A DNA stretch of 54,793 nucleotides from Nitrospinota bacterium (GTDB lineage: Bacteria > Nitrospinota > Nitrospinia > UBA9942): contig DNJG01000007.1 in NCBI GenBank assembly GCA_003489165.1, positions 1 to 54,793 of the forward strand, written 5' to 3'. Shown here piece by piece: positions 41,357 to 50,685 of the stretch. Below the pieces are notes generated by a model, which did not search any database, was not told the DNA's origin, and was given only the letters and a program-made list of their open reading frames with translations. Numbering within the stretch: the first letter of the stretch is position 1; the number at the start of each line of letters is the position of its first letter. A program made the position numbers and the translations under genes.

Positions 41357-43261
41357 CTATTTCACCTTCGTTCCTGACTTTACTTCCCCGTCAAATCCTA
41401 TAAGAACCAACCTTCCATCCCCACCTGCTGCTAATACCATACCTTGAGATTCTATGCCCATCAGCTTTGCAGGTTTAAGATTTGCTACCAATAATATTTT
41501 TCTGCCTATTAATTCTTCAGGTTTGTAATGCTCGGCAATACCTGCTACAACCTGTCTCTCCTCAGTCCCTATATCAACTTTCAATTTCAGGAGTTTTTTG
41601 GATTTTTCAACCCGTTCAGCCTGTTTTATCTCTCCAACCCTCAAATCAACTTTTGCAAATTCATCAATACCTATTACCTGCCTTTCTTCTGCTTCTGCCA
41701 CTGCCGATTCTGTTGCTGTCACTTTATCAACACTTTCCATTTTCTCCTCCACTCTCGGAAAAAGCTGCCTTCCTATTTTAATTTCAATGCCATCTTTAAG
41801 TCCACCCCATTTTATTGATTCTTTAAAATTGCAATTTTCTATTTTATCCTTAATCCCTAATTGATTCCAGATTTCCTGCCCTGTCTCTGGCATGAAGGGA
41901 TAAATATAAACTGCAATAATACGCAGACCTTCAGCAAGAGTATATAAAGTATTTGATAGTATTCCGTCGTCTTTCTCTGCCCATGGTGCAGCCGTTTGTG
42001 CATAGACATTCATTGACCTGATAACAGCCCAAAGTCGTGTTAACATATAATTAAAATTCAATTCATTCATCAAATCATCATACTCTTTAAACTTAACCAA
42101 ATCCTTAATGTCTTGCTCTAATTTCCTGTCTTTGTTTTTAATTTCAGATGGAATTTTACCTTCTCTATATTTTTTTATCATATTGAGCGTTCTGCTTAAG
42201 AGATTACCAAGGTCATTGGCAAGGTCGCTGTTTATCCTTCCAACCAATGCCCTCTGTGAAAAATCCCCATCAAGACCAAAGGGGACTTCTCTCATCAAAA
42301 AATACCTGAAGGCATCTACTCCATATTCATCTATCAATTCATTAGGATTTACAAAATTTCCTTTGGATTTTGACATCTTCTCGCCATTCACAGTCCACCA
42401 CCCGTGCGCAAATATATTTTCTGGGAGCGGCAGTCCCAATGCCTTGAGCATTGTTGACCAGTAAACTGAATGAGTTGTGAGTATATCCTTCCCTAAAAGA
42501 TGGTGGTTAGAGGGCCACCAGCTTTTAAACTTGTCTTTATCGTATTCAAACCCTATTGCAGATATATAATTGACAAGGGCATCAAACCATACATAGGTAA
42601 CATAATTTTCATCAAATGGAAGTGATATTCCCCATGACAACCTTTCCTTTGGACGGGAGATACAGAGGTCTCCTAATGGTCTTCCAAGAAAACCCAGAAC
42701 TTCATTTCTACGGCTTTCGGGCATTATGAATCGTGGATTATCTTTTATATATTGAATAAGCCAATCTTGATATTTGCCCATTCTGAAAAAATAGTTCCAC
42801 TCTTTTATATATTCAACCTTCCTGCCGCAATCAGGACAACTGCCATCTTTAAGGTCTTTCTCCATCCAGAACCTCTCATCTGAAAGGCAATACCATCCTT
42901 CATAGCTCTCTTTATATATATCCTTTTTATCAAATAATATTTGAAGTGCCTTCTGAACCACCTTTTTATGCCTGTCCTCCGTGGTTCTTATGAAATCATC
43001 ATTTGAGATATTCAATTTTCTCCACAGATTTTTAAAGGCTATATTAAGTTCATCTGCATGTTTTTGAGGGACAACCCCCCTTTTCTCTGCTGCCTGCTGA
43101 ACCTTCTGTCCATGCTCATCTGTCCCTGTAAGAAAAAACACCTGATAACCGCAAAGCCTTTTATATCGTGCTATGACATCTGCCGCTAAAGTTGTATAGG
43201 CATGACCTATGTGAGGAACATCATTTACATAGTAGATAGGTGTGGTTACGTAGAATTTCAT
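41357..43261 (-). CDS. metG: Methionine--tRNA ligase with C-terminal tRNA-binding (Trbp111-like) domain
   Basis: HIGHAY, KMSKSKGN, zinc knuckle CPDCGRK and a C-terminal OB-fold (DLRVGEI...). Confidence 0.95.
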   Translation of the reverse strand: MKFYVTTPIYYVNDVPHIGHAYTTLAADVIARYKRLCGYQVFFLTGTDEHGQKVQQAAEKRGVVPQKHADELNIAFKNLWRKLNISNDDFIRTTEDRHKKVVQKALQILFDKKDIYKESYEGWYCLSDERFWMEKDLKDGSCPDCGRKVEYIKEWNYFFRMGKYQDWLIQYIKDNPRFIMPESRRNEVLGFLGRPLGDLCISRPKERLSWGISLPFDENYVTYVWFDALVNYISAIGFEYDKDKFKSWWPSNHHLLGKDILTTHSVYWSTMLKALGLPLPENIFAHGWWTVNGEKMSKSKGNFVNPNELIDEYGVDAFRYFLMREVPFGLDGDFSQRALVGRINSDLANDLGNLLSRTLNMIKKYREGKIPSEIKNKDRKLEQDIKDLVKFKEYDDLMNELNFNYMLTRLWAVIRSMNVYAQTAAPWAEKDDGILSNTLYTLAEGLRIIAVYIYPFMPETGQEIWNQLGIKDKIENCNFKESIKWGGLKDGIEIKIGRQLFPRVEEKMESVDKVTATESAVAEAEERQVIGIDEFAKVDLRVGEIKQAERVEKSKKLLKLKVDIGTEERQVVAGIAEHYKPEELIGRKILLVANLKPAKLMGIESQGMVLAAGGDGRLVLIGFDGEVKSGTKVK

Positions 43262-43290
43262 TTATGTTTCATAAAGGAAAAAATCCATGA

Positions 43291-43341
43291 ACCAGAATTC
43301 AGAATCCAGAATAAATTCTGACTCCTGACTCCTGAATTCTG
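43291..43341. repeat. Inverted tandem-heptamer hairpin (CAGAATY x3 ... CTCCTGA x2, ATTCTG)
   Basis: ACCAGAATTCAGAATCCAGAATAAATTCTGACTCCTGACTCCTGAATTCTG, between ymdB and metG. Confidence 0.8.
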
Positions 43342-43346
43342 CCTTT

Positions 43347-44159
43347 TCATCCTGTCAACTGCAGTCTCTTAATCCCATTTGCCAAGCCTGAATTCTCATC
43401 TATATCAACTACAACACCATTAAACTGCCCTTCGCCGCCTGCCATCTCAAACTTTTTAGGCATCTTTGTAAGAAACTTTTCCAGTGCAATTTCCTTTTTA
43501 ATTCCTATGACCGAGTTGGACGGCCCTGTCATTCCCACATCTGTAATATAAGCAGTACCACCCGTGAGTATCTTTTCATCTGCCGTCTGGACATGTGTAT
43601 GTGTCCCGATAACAGCACTAACCCTGCCATCAAGATACCACCCTATTGCAATCTTTTCTGATGTCGCCTCAGCATGCATATCAACTATTGTAACCTTTAT
43701 CCCGTTATGCTGTTCTGATGAATTAAGTTTGGATGACTTTAACCATGCAATCTCCCTATCTGCTACCTTAAATGGACAATCAAGACTGTCCATAAACACC
43801 CTCCCGGAGAGATTCATAACACATACCTTTATCCCTGTGCGTGTCTCAAAGATTCCACTTCCAAATCCAGGGACTCCATCCTCAGGATAGTTTGCTGGGC
43901 GTAGTATCCGTCTGTCATCATTAATAAACTGTGCCGTCTCTTTTTTATCCCATATATGGTTGCCAGAAGTAAGGACATCTATCCCGCTCTTAAAAATCTC
44001 ATCCGCTATCTCCCTCGTAATGCCAAATCCACCTGCGGCATTCTCACAATTGGCAATGGAAAAGTCTATCTTCATCTGATCAACAACCTTAAATAAGGTA
44101 TTTGCCAGAACCCTCCTCCCGACTTTCCCTACTATATCTCCAACCAATAATACCTTCAT
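43347..44159 (-). CDS. ymdB: YmdB-family metallophosphoesterase (TIGR00282)
   Basis: MKVLLVGDIVGKVGR, GNHIWDKKE and GTHTHVQTADE motifs. Lies downstream of rny, as in other bacteria. Confidence 0.88.
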   Translation of the reverse strand: MKVLLVGDIVGKVGRRVLANTLFKVVDQMKIDFSIANCENAAGGFGITREIADEIFKSGIDVLTSGNHIWDKKETAQFINDDRRILRPANYPEDGVPGFGSGIFETRTGIKVCVMNLSGRVFMDSLDCPFKVADREIAWLKSSKLNSSEQHNGIKVTIVDMHAEATSEKIAIGWYLDGRVSAVIGTHTHVQTADEKILTGGTAYITDVGMTGPSNSVIGIKKEIALEKFLTKMPKKFEMAGGEGQFNGVVVDIDENSGLANGIKRLQLTG

Positions 44160-44168
44160 AAATAAGTC

Positions 44169-44229
44169 GATGAGCTAATGAGTTCAGAAGTTAATGAGTT
44201 AACTCATTAACTCATAAACCCATTAACTC
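44169..44229. repeat. Inverted repeat hairpin built from TAATGAGTT / AACTCATTA units
   Basis: GCTAATGAGTTCAGAAGTTAATGAGTTAACTCATTAACTCATAAACCCATTAACTC. Confidence 0.8.
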
Positions 44230-45795
44230 TTATCGTGCGTATTCTATCGCCCTAACCTCTCTTAAAACCGTTACCTTAATTTCTCCGGGATATGCCATGT
44301 CCGACTCAATCTTTTTTGCAATATCCTTTGCAAGAAACATGACCTCTGAATCATTCAACTTGTCAGGTTCAACAATAACCCTGATTTCCCTTCCTGCATG
44401 TATTGCGTAAGCCTTGTCCACACCCTTAAAGGAATCGCAGACCTTCTCAAGCTGCTCCAATCTCTTGACATAACTCTCCAGCATCTCCCTTCTTGCACCT
44501 GGTCTTGATGCCGATAGTGCATCCGATGCGGCTACAAGGACTGCTATAATAGACTCAGCCTCAACATCTTCATGATGTGATGCAATGGCATTTATTACTA
44601 TCTTTGATTCATTATATCTCCTCGCAAGGTCAACACCTATCTGTGTATGTGTCCCCTCTGTCTGATGGTCAACTGCCTTTCCAATATCATGGAGGAGACC
44701 TGCCCTCTTTGCCATCTTAATATTAGCCCCGAGTTCAGCAGCCATCATGCCGCACAAAAACGCCACTTCTTTTGAATGCTGAAGCACATTCTGGGAATAA
44801 CTTGTCCTGTATTTTAATCTGCCAAGAAGCTTAATTACTTCAGGATGCAGGCCGTCAATTCCCACCTCAAAGGCTGCTTTTTCCCCCTCATCTTTTATAG
44901 AAATTGCAACCTCCTTCTTTACCTTCTCAACAACATCCTCAATCCTGCCGGGGTGTATCCTTCCGTCTGACATAAGCCTCTCAAGAGTTATCTTTGCAAC
45001 CTCTCTTTTTATAGGGTCATAAGAAGATATTGTGACAGCGCCAGGGGTATCATCTACTATAAGGTCAACCCCTGTTGCAATTTCAAGAGACCTGATATTT
45101 CTTCCTTCCCTGCCTATAATTCTACCCTTCATATCGTCATCCGGCAGATCAACTACAGATACGGTAGTCTCTGCAACATGGTCAGAGGCACACCGCTGAA
45201 TCGCAAGGCTTAATATCATCTTTGCCTTATCTGATGCCGCTGCCTTCGCCTCATCCTCTATTTTTTTTATCAGATTTGCCGAATCAGCCCTTGCATCATT
45301 TAAGAGCTTTACCTTAATCTCCTCCTTTGCCTGCTCGGCAGTCATGCCCGAGACCCTTTCTAATCTTTTAAGCTCTTCTTCAATAAGAGAATTATATCTT
45401 TGTTCAATTGCCTTTATTTTAGATTCTGCATTGGCTATCTCTCTCTCCCGTCGGCTTATATCTTTATCCTTACGGTCTATTAATTCTATCCTCTTTTCAA
45501 GATTCTCTTCCCTCTGAAGAATCCTCTTCTCTAAAAGCTGAATCTCATTTCTCTTTTCATGCGTTTCTTTTTCAAACTCTGCCTTGAGCTTATATAAGCT
45601 CTCCTTTGCCTCCAATAGTGACTCTTTCTTCTTATTCTCCGCCTCTTTCTCTGCCTCAAGTAATATCTTTTTTGCAAGTGACTCAGCAGTTTTGACTTTT
45701 GTCTCTGCAAAAATCTTACGAATCAGATATCCCAAGAGGATACCAATTAAAAATATAGCGGATAATATTATCACCGCCTTAACGCTTATAATCAT
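44230..45795 (-). CDS. rny: Ribonuclease Y
   Basis: N-terminal TM helix, coiled coil, KH domain ([12 protein letters not shown]) and HD domain (LLHDIGKA). Confidence 0.95.
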   Translation of the reverse strand: MIISVKAVIILSAIFLIGILLGYLIRKIFAETKVKTAESLAKKILLEAEKEAENKKKESLLEAKESLYKLKAEFEKETHEKRNEIQLLEKRILQREENLEKRIELIDRKDKDISRREREIANAESKIKAIEQRYNSLIEEELKRLERVSGMTAEQAKEEIKVKLLNDARADSANLIKKIEDEAKAAASDKAKMILSLAIQRCASDHVAETTVSVVDLPDDDMKGRIIGREGRNIRSLEIATGVDLIVDDTPGAVTISSYDPIKREVAKITLERLMSDGRIHPGRIEDVVEKVKKEVAISIKDEGEKAAFEVGIDGLHPEVIKLLGRLKYRTSYSQNVLQHSKEVAFLCGMMAAELGANIKMAKRAGLLHDIGKAVDHQTEGTHTQIGVDLARRYNESKIVINAIASHHEDVEAESIIAVLVAASDALSASRPGARREMLESYVKRLEQLEKVCDSFKGVDKAYAIHAGREIRVIVEPDKLNDSEVMFLAKDIAKKIESDMAYPGEIKVTVLREVRAIEYAR

Positions 45796-46361
45796 ATTGT
45801 CTCCCCCCTCCTCAAATTAGTAATATGTTTATGACAGTCAATTACCCTTTTCTCGGTTATAACCTTATCAATAATAAAATCATGACTATCCGCAGGTATC
45901 TTACCTACCACCTGAAAATCAAAGGCAATCCCTATGGTCTTAACATCCCCGGAAAGCCTGTAAAGGAATCTGTCATAAAATCCCTTCCCAAATCCTATGC
46001 GGCTGCCAGACTCATCAAATGCCACTCCCGGAACCATAACTATTTCTATTTCATTTCCTGAAACAACTTCCCCTGATTCGCCTTTATTTGTAAATTCCGA
46101 TACTAAAATATTTTTATTTTTAAAATCCGTAACCGGCAAAAAAACCCGTTTTTTCATATCAATAGCCCTTTTTATCATTACTCTTGTCTGCACCTCTTTC
46201 TTAAATGCATCGTAAAACAAAATATTCTTACTCTCTAAAAAATCTTTGTCTTCAAACACTCTTTCTTCAATCTGAATACTCACATCTCTTATCCACTCGT
46301 CATCAAGCCCGTTTCTCAAAGAGAGTATTCTCTTTCTTATCTCATCTTTATCATTTTGCAT
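45792..46361 (-). CDS. 5-formyltetrahydrofolate cyclo-ligase
   Basis: [17 protein letters not shown]..., [22 protein letters not shown]. The 3' end overlaps the rny start by 4 nt. The tracked start at 46391 lies in the CACGAAT repeat. Confidence 0.85.
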   Translation of the reverse strand: MQNDKDEIRKRILSLRNGLDDEWIRDVSIQIEERVFEDKDFLESKNILFYDAFKKEVQTRVMIKRAIDMKKRVFLPVTDFKNKNILVSEFTNKGESGEVVSGNEIEIVMVPGVAFDESGSRIGFGKGFYDRFLYRLSGDVKTIGIAFDFQVVGKIPADSHDFIIDKVITEKRVIDCHKHITNLRRGETI

Positions 46362-46377
46362 AGAGAACAAAGACTTA

Positions 46378-46495
46378 AACACGAATAACACGAATGGGAC
46401 AAATCACACGAATAACTACTAATTACAGAAAATATTTTTACTTTTGATTTTAGTTTTTATTCGTGACATTCGTATATTCGTGAAATTCGTGTTCT
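46378..46495. repeat. Inverted tandem arrays of CACGAAT / ATTCGTG units
   Basis: AACACGAATAACACGAATGGGACAAATCACACGAATAAC ... TTATTCGTGACATTCGTATATTCGTGAAATTCGTGTTC. Confidence 0.85.
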
Positions 46496-46867
46496 TATTA
46501 GGAAGATATTCAGAAAGGTTTAGATGGGGAAAAAACAATCTGACAGCAGATTAAGGAATTACAGGGCTAAAAAGTTTCTGACAAAAAGTATCTCTATTAT
46601 TTGATTCAGCATGCAAGATATAAGATTCATTATTTAAAACTCCATCATATATCTTGTGGTGTAGGGTGGACGCTGCTACAAAGGAGTAACTTATAAAATT
46701 ACCACACCCTTTATTTAAAAAGGAATCCACTATCAATGTGATTAACCTTTTGACATGCCTATAGACAGAGAAGCCTATTAATCTATCAAAAAATATTGTC
46801 AGAAATTTCATATACTTAAGCCCAATAATCTTAAACATCATTTTCCCCAAGACCTTTAGAATATCAA

Positions 46868-47058
46868 CAAAATTAATCCCCCATCCTATGCCGTATGAAA
46901 AAGAAATTTTGAACCTGGCAAACCAGGTGGGTTCCGCATGGGCTACTTTAGGTTTCCCGCCGAGGCAGGCATACACACCATAGCCACAAATTGGTTCCCA
47001 TTCTAAGCGTAATGGATCAAAAATTCTTCTCCACCTCGTGCATGATAGGGGATTAAAC
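46868..47058 (-). ncRNA. ssrS: Candidate 6S RNA
   Basis: Sits between zapA and 5-FCL, the conserved position of ssrS in E. coli. The closing stem pairs UUAAUCCCCUAUCAUGC with GCAUAGGAUGGGGGAUUAA. The 3'-bubble hairpin CACCUGGUUUGCCAGGUUCAAAA resembles E. coli CACCUUGAACCAAGGGUUCAAGG. Length is ~190 nt and the region is locally GC-richer. Confidence 0.55.
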
Positions 47059-47105
47059 TTACCCTGCTCTATCCACCAATAAGCTAACATAAAAAAATTA
47101 TTACA

Positions 47106-47396
47106 TCAAGTAAAATTTTTTGTATTATCCTTAATCATTTTAATTAATCTTTCAATCCTTTCATCAGACTGAAGATTTTTATCTTCATGCTCTTTTCTAA
47201 TCTGAAAAAGATCATTTGCTATATTAATTGATGCAAGAATATATATCTTATGTGATGATATGGCAGAATAATTCTCAGCCACCTCTCTTATCTTTTTATC
47301 TACAAAATCTGCAACTTCAGCGGTATATGAAGGGTCTGAATCGCTTCTTATTGTATATTTTTTGCCAAAGATTTCAACCTGTGTAGTGTATTTCAT
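47106..47396 (-). CDS. zapA: Cell division protein ZapA
   Basis: 96 aa, VEIFGKKYTIRSDSDPSYTAEVADFVDKKIREV. Confidence 0.85.
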   Translation of the reverse strand: MKYTTQVEIFGKKYTIRSDSDPSYTAEVADFVDKKIREVAENYSAISSHKIYILASINIANDLFQIRKEHEDKNLQSDERIERLIKMIKDNTKNFT

Positions 47397-47604
47397 TTCT
47401 CTCTATCCCAAGGTTTTCCAAATTTCTCAGCATACCTTCAACCTTTAATTTTATTGATTCCCTCTCTTTTGTAAGCACGACATTCTCTTTTTTAAGCTGG
47501 ATAATCTTGTCTCTTAAAGAGGCATTTTCAGTTTTCAATTTAGAGAGGTGTTCAATCAGAATTAATATATTAGACTCTAACTGGTCTAATTTTGTAATAT
47601 CCAT
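47374..47604 (-). CDS. ZapB-like coiled-coil cell-division protein
   Basis: MDITKLDQLESNILILIEHLSKLKTENASLRDKIIQLKKEN..., a leucine-zipper-like coiled coil directly upstream of and overlapping zapA. Confidence 0.6.
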   Translation of the reverse strand: MDITKLDQLESNILILIEHLSKLKTENASLRDKIIQLKKENVVLTKERESIKLKVEGMLRNLENLGIERNEIHYTG

Positions 47605-47691
47605 AGGCAAAAGAATACACCTACTCCAAATTTGTGTCAAGAGAATTGCCTTTTCCAATATAATTGGTTATTATTTTACTGTAAAATGTAT

Positions 47692-47724
47692 AAATTTGCC
47701 ACAAAGACACAGAGAAACAAAAAC
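47692..47724. repeat. Solo arm of the CCACAGAG-type repeat
   Basis: AAATTTGCCACAAAGACACAGAGAAACAAAAAC is the reverse complement of the right-arm consensus ...CTCTGTG..CTGTGGCAAAT. Confidence 0.6.
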
Positions 47725-47741
47725 AAGGGGATTTTTAAATA

Positions 47742-49073
47742 ATGAAGGCAGCTTTTACAACAATAGGATGCAGGTTTAATCAGTTTGAGACCGCTGAGAT
47801 GGAGGACTTATTCAAGGCGATGAACTTTGATATAGTACCGTTTTCAGACAGTGCGAATATATATATCATTAATACATGCACAGTGACAAACAGGAGCGAT
47901 TATCGCTGCAGACAGACCATACGGAGGGCAATCCAGACAAATAAAGACGCATTTATTGTTGTAACAGGCTGTTATTCCCAGATAAACCCTGAAGAGATAG
48001 GCTCCATCAAAGGGGTAGATATGATTCTGGGCAATATGGAAAAACTGAATATAGTCAATTATCTTGAGGAGTTTAACGCATTTAAAAACGGCAAAAAAGA
48101 GATAAAAAAACTTGATGATACAAGGATAGTTGTCACTGATATAAATACCGCAAGAGAATTTAAGTCCCGCAAGATTTCAAATTTTTCGGGAAGGACAAGT
48201 GCATATCTGAAAATCCAGACAGGGTGCGACCAGACATGCTCATTTTGTATTGTAACAATTGCAAGGGGACCGAGTATAAGCGAGAAACCTGAAGTTATCC
48301 TGAATCAGGCACAGGAACTTGCAGATTCAGGGTTTAAAGAAATTGTCTTAACAGGGGTCAACCTTGGAAGTTATGGAGACAACCTAAAGCCAAAGACAGA
48401 ACTCTCCGACCTTGTTGAAATGTTGACAGGTGTAAAGGGTATAGAAAGGATAAGGCTAAGCTCTATAAATCCAAGGAAGGTGAGTGATAGGCTTGTATCG
48501 TTAATTAAAAATTCAGAGAAGGTATGCAGACACCTACATATACCATTACAGAGCGGTGATAATGAGATACTCAAGATAATGCGTAGGGATTACAGTTCTG
48601 GATTCTATAAAGACCTCATAATGAAATTAAAGGGCAATATACCTGATATAGGCATTGGTGCAGATGTAATTGTGGGATTCCCCGGCGAAAACGAGGAAAA
48701 ATTTACAAATACATACAGGCTTATTGAAGAACTCCCATTGAGCTACCTTCACGTATTCACTTACTCACAGAGAGAGGGGACTGATGCATTTGGATATGAA
48801 GGACAGATAACTGAATCCACAAAAAAGGAAAGGGGTTCACTCGTCAAAAAACTGGGAGAGCATAAATCAAATATATTCAGAGAGGGTTTCATAGGAAAGA
48901 TATGTAACGTGCTTATTGAAAATACAAGGGATAGGGAAACAGGGCTATTGAAGGGATATACAGATAATTATATACCTGTCATCTTAAAAGGCGGAAATGG
49001 GTTAATGAATAAGATTGTGAGTGTTAGAATAACTGAGATGTCAGACGATGTAGCCATAGGCGAATTAACCTAA
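47742..49073 (+). CDS. mtaB: tRNA (t6A37) methylthiotransferase, MiaB-like
   Basis: UPF0004 N-domain (NTCTVT), radical-SAM triad CDQTCSFC and a C-terminal TRAM domain. Confidence 0.85.
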   Translation: MKAAFTTIGCRFNQFETAEMEDLFKAMNFDIVPFSDSANIYIINTCTVTNRSDYRCRQTIRRAIQTNKDAFIVVTGCYSQINPEEIGSIKGVDMILGNMEKLNIVNYLEEFNAFKNGKKEIKKLDDTRIVVTDINTAREFKSRKISNFSGRTSAYLKIQTGCDQTCSFCIVTIARGPSISEKPEVILNQAQELADSGFKEIVLTGVNLGSYGDNLKPKTELSDLVEMLTGVKGIERIRLSSINPRKVSDRLVSLIKNSEKVCRHLHIPLQSGDNEILKIMRRDYSSGFYKDLIMKLKGNIPDIGIGADVIVGFPGENEEKFTNTYRLIEELPLSYLHVFTYSQREGTDAFGYEGQITESTKKERGSLVKKLGEHKSNIFREGFIGKICNVLIENTRDRETGLLKGYTDNYIPVILKGGNGLMNKIVSVRITEMSDDVAIGELT

Positions 49074-49078
49074 TAATA

Positions 49079-49876
49079 ATGAAACAAACCGGTATCATCA
49101 CTTTAACAACTGACTTTGGGCTATCCGACCCCTTTGTTGGAATAATGAAAGGGGTAATGTTCGGGATAAATCCTTTAATAAAATTTATAGATATCTCCCA
49201 CCTAATTGAGCCTCAGAATATAATACAGGCTTATTATACTTTAAAATTCTCTTACAAATATTTTCCCTCTGGGACAATACACCTGTCTGTTGTTGACCCT
49301 GGAGTTGGAAGCGAGAGAAGACCAATATTAATAGAGTCAAAGGACTACTTTTTCATTGGGCCAGACAATGGCATCTTCTCCTTCATATTTAAAGATGACC
49401 CATCAGTAAATATAATTGAGCTTACAGAGAAAAAATTCTTTCTTCCTTCTTTAAGCCAGACATTCCACGGAAGGGACATATTTGCAAGCGTAGCAGGCTG
49501 GCTATCAAATGATGCCAAGCCCTATGAGTTCGGCATACCTATTAACAATCCTGCCATCCTGAAAACCCCTGAACCAGATATAGGAAAGGAAAAAATATCA
49601 GGAGAGGTTATACATATTGACAGATTTGGAAACCTGATAATAAATATATCTGAAGCCCAATTTCATTCACTTGTCAATGGGAGAGACGGCAAAGTTAGGA
49701 TAAGGATAAAAAATTTTATTATTTCATCCCTCTGCAAATCTTACTCCGAGGCTGTTGCTCAAAAACCTTCTTCTATCATTAACAGCTGGGGACTATTGGA
49801 GATTTTTATCAAAAATGGCAACGCAAGTAAAAAACTGAAAATTAAAAAAGGCAATAAAGTTGTAATAGGTTTATGA
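49079..49876 (+). CDS. SAM hydrolase / SAM-dependent halogenase family protein (DUF62)
   Basis: ITLTTDFGLSDPFVGIMKGVM, VVDPGVGSERRP, FHGRDIFA. Confidence 0.85.
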   Translation: MKQTGIITLTTDFGLSDPFVGIMKGVMFGINPLIKFIDISHLIEPQNIIQAYYTLKFSYKYFPSGTIHLSVVDPGVGSERRPILIESKDYFFIGPDNGIFSFIFKDDPSVNIIELTEKKFFLPSLSQTFHGRDIFASVAGWLSNDAKPYEFGIPINNPAILKTPEPDIGKEKISGEVIHIDRFGNLIINISEAQFHSLVNGRDGKVRIRIKNFIISSLCKSYSEAVAQKPSSIINSWGLLEIFIKNGNASKKLKIKKGNKVVIGL

Positions 49877-49906
49877 GTTTTTGAGTTTGTCGGTAAATCA
49901 AAAAGT

Positions 49907-50572
49907 ATGGACTCTTTATTCTATATTTCCTCAGCATTCCTTCTGGGTGCCTTCCATGCATTAGAACCAGGCCACGGAAAGATGATACTCATGACATATC
50001 TTATCAGCTCCAAGGGAAGGATTATTGACGCAATACTATTAGGCATTATTTCAACATTCACCCATACATTCAGCATCCTTATCCTTGGTATTATCGCCAC
50101 CCTTTCATCCGTTTTGATTATCCCAGAAACAATTGAACGCCTTACAGAAATTATAGGAGGCATACTTGTTCTAATAGTCGGAGTATGGATGTTAATATCC
50201 GGATTTAAAAATAATCACACCCATATAGAAGGACATGCTCATAAAAAGAGAGAGGGATTAATTGGATTAATAACAATTGGAATATCAGGCGGTATAGTCC
50301 CCTGCCCTGCTGCATTGGCTGTCCTGTCAGCAACAATTGCTGGGGGAAGGACAGCAGATGGATTCTTCCTTGTTCTTATATTCAGCCTTGGACTCGGTGC
50401 AGTATTAATAAGTATGGGAGTGCTTTTTGTAAAGGCATCTAATTTTTTTGAAAAATATATAGGAGGGATATTTGGCAAAAAGGTAAGGATGGCAAGTGCT
50501 GTTTTAATTATAATGCTCGGCTTATTCCTTTTACTTAAAAATATACTCCCCCACCTTTTTCTTGCCCCCTAA
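49907..50572 (+). CDS. NicO/RcnA-family nickel/cobalt transporter
   Basis: HALEPGHGK signature, six TM segments and a His-rich loop HTHIEGHAHKK. Confidence 0.75.
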   Translation: MDSLFYISSAFLLGAFHALEPGHGKMILMTYLISSKGRIIDAILLGIISTFTHTFSILILGIIATLSSVLIIPETIERLTEIIGGILVLIVGVWMLISGFKNNHTHIEGHAHKKREGLIGLITIGISGGIVPCPAALAVLSATIAGGRTADGFFLVLIFSLGLGAVLISMGVLFVKASNFFEKYIGGIFGKKVRMASAVLIIMLGLFLLLKNILPHLFLAP

Positions 50573-50636
50573 CTCAAAGTCAAATCAAAAGTTTTGTTGA
50601 CATAATGAAAGCAAATGGGTTATCATTTATAAAAGT

Positions 50637-50655
50637 GATAATGGTTATCAATTTC
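50637..50655 (+). promoter_or_regulatory. Fur box upstream of feoB, overlapping a putative promoter
   Basis: GATAATGGTTATCAATTTC matches the 19-bp Fur consensus GATAATGATAATCATTATC at 15 of 19 positions (hand count). TTGACA at 50597-50602 and TATCAT at 50621-50626 lie upstream. Confidence 0.6.
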
Positions 50656-50685
50656 ATTTAATGATTTTATTTTTTGGGGTCTCAA

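Noticed and set aside
46551-47090. 179-aa hypothetical ORF between zapA and 5-FCL
   Set aside because: The N-terminal half coincides with the 6S RNA candidate and has implausible W/C/R-rich composition. The remaining part (possible ATG at 46841, ~96 aa) has no recognisable motif or SD. I did not report it as a CDS, though a small real protein in 46551-46841 cannot be excluded.
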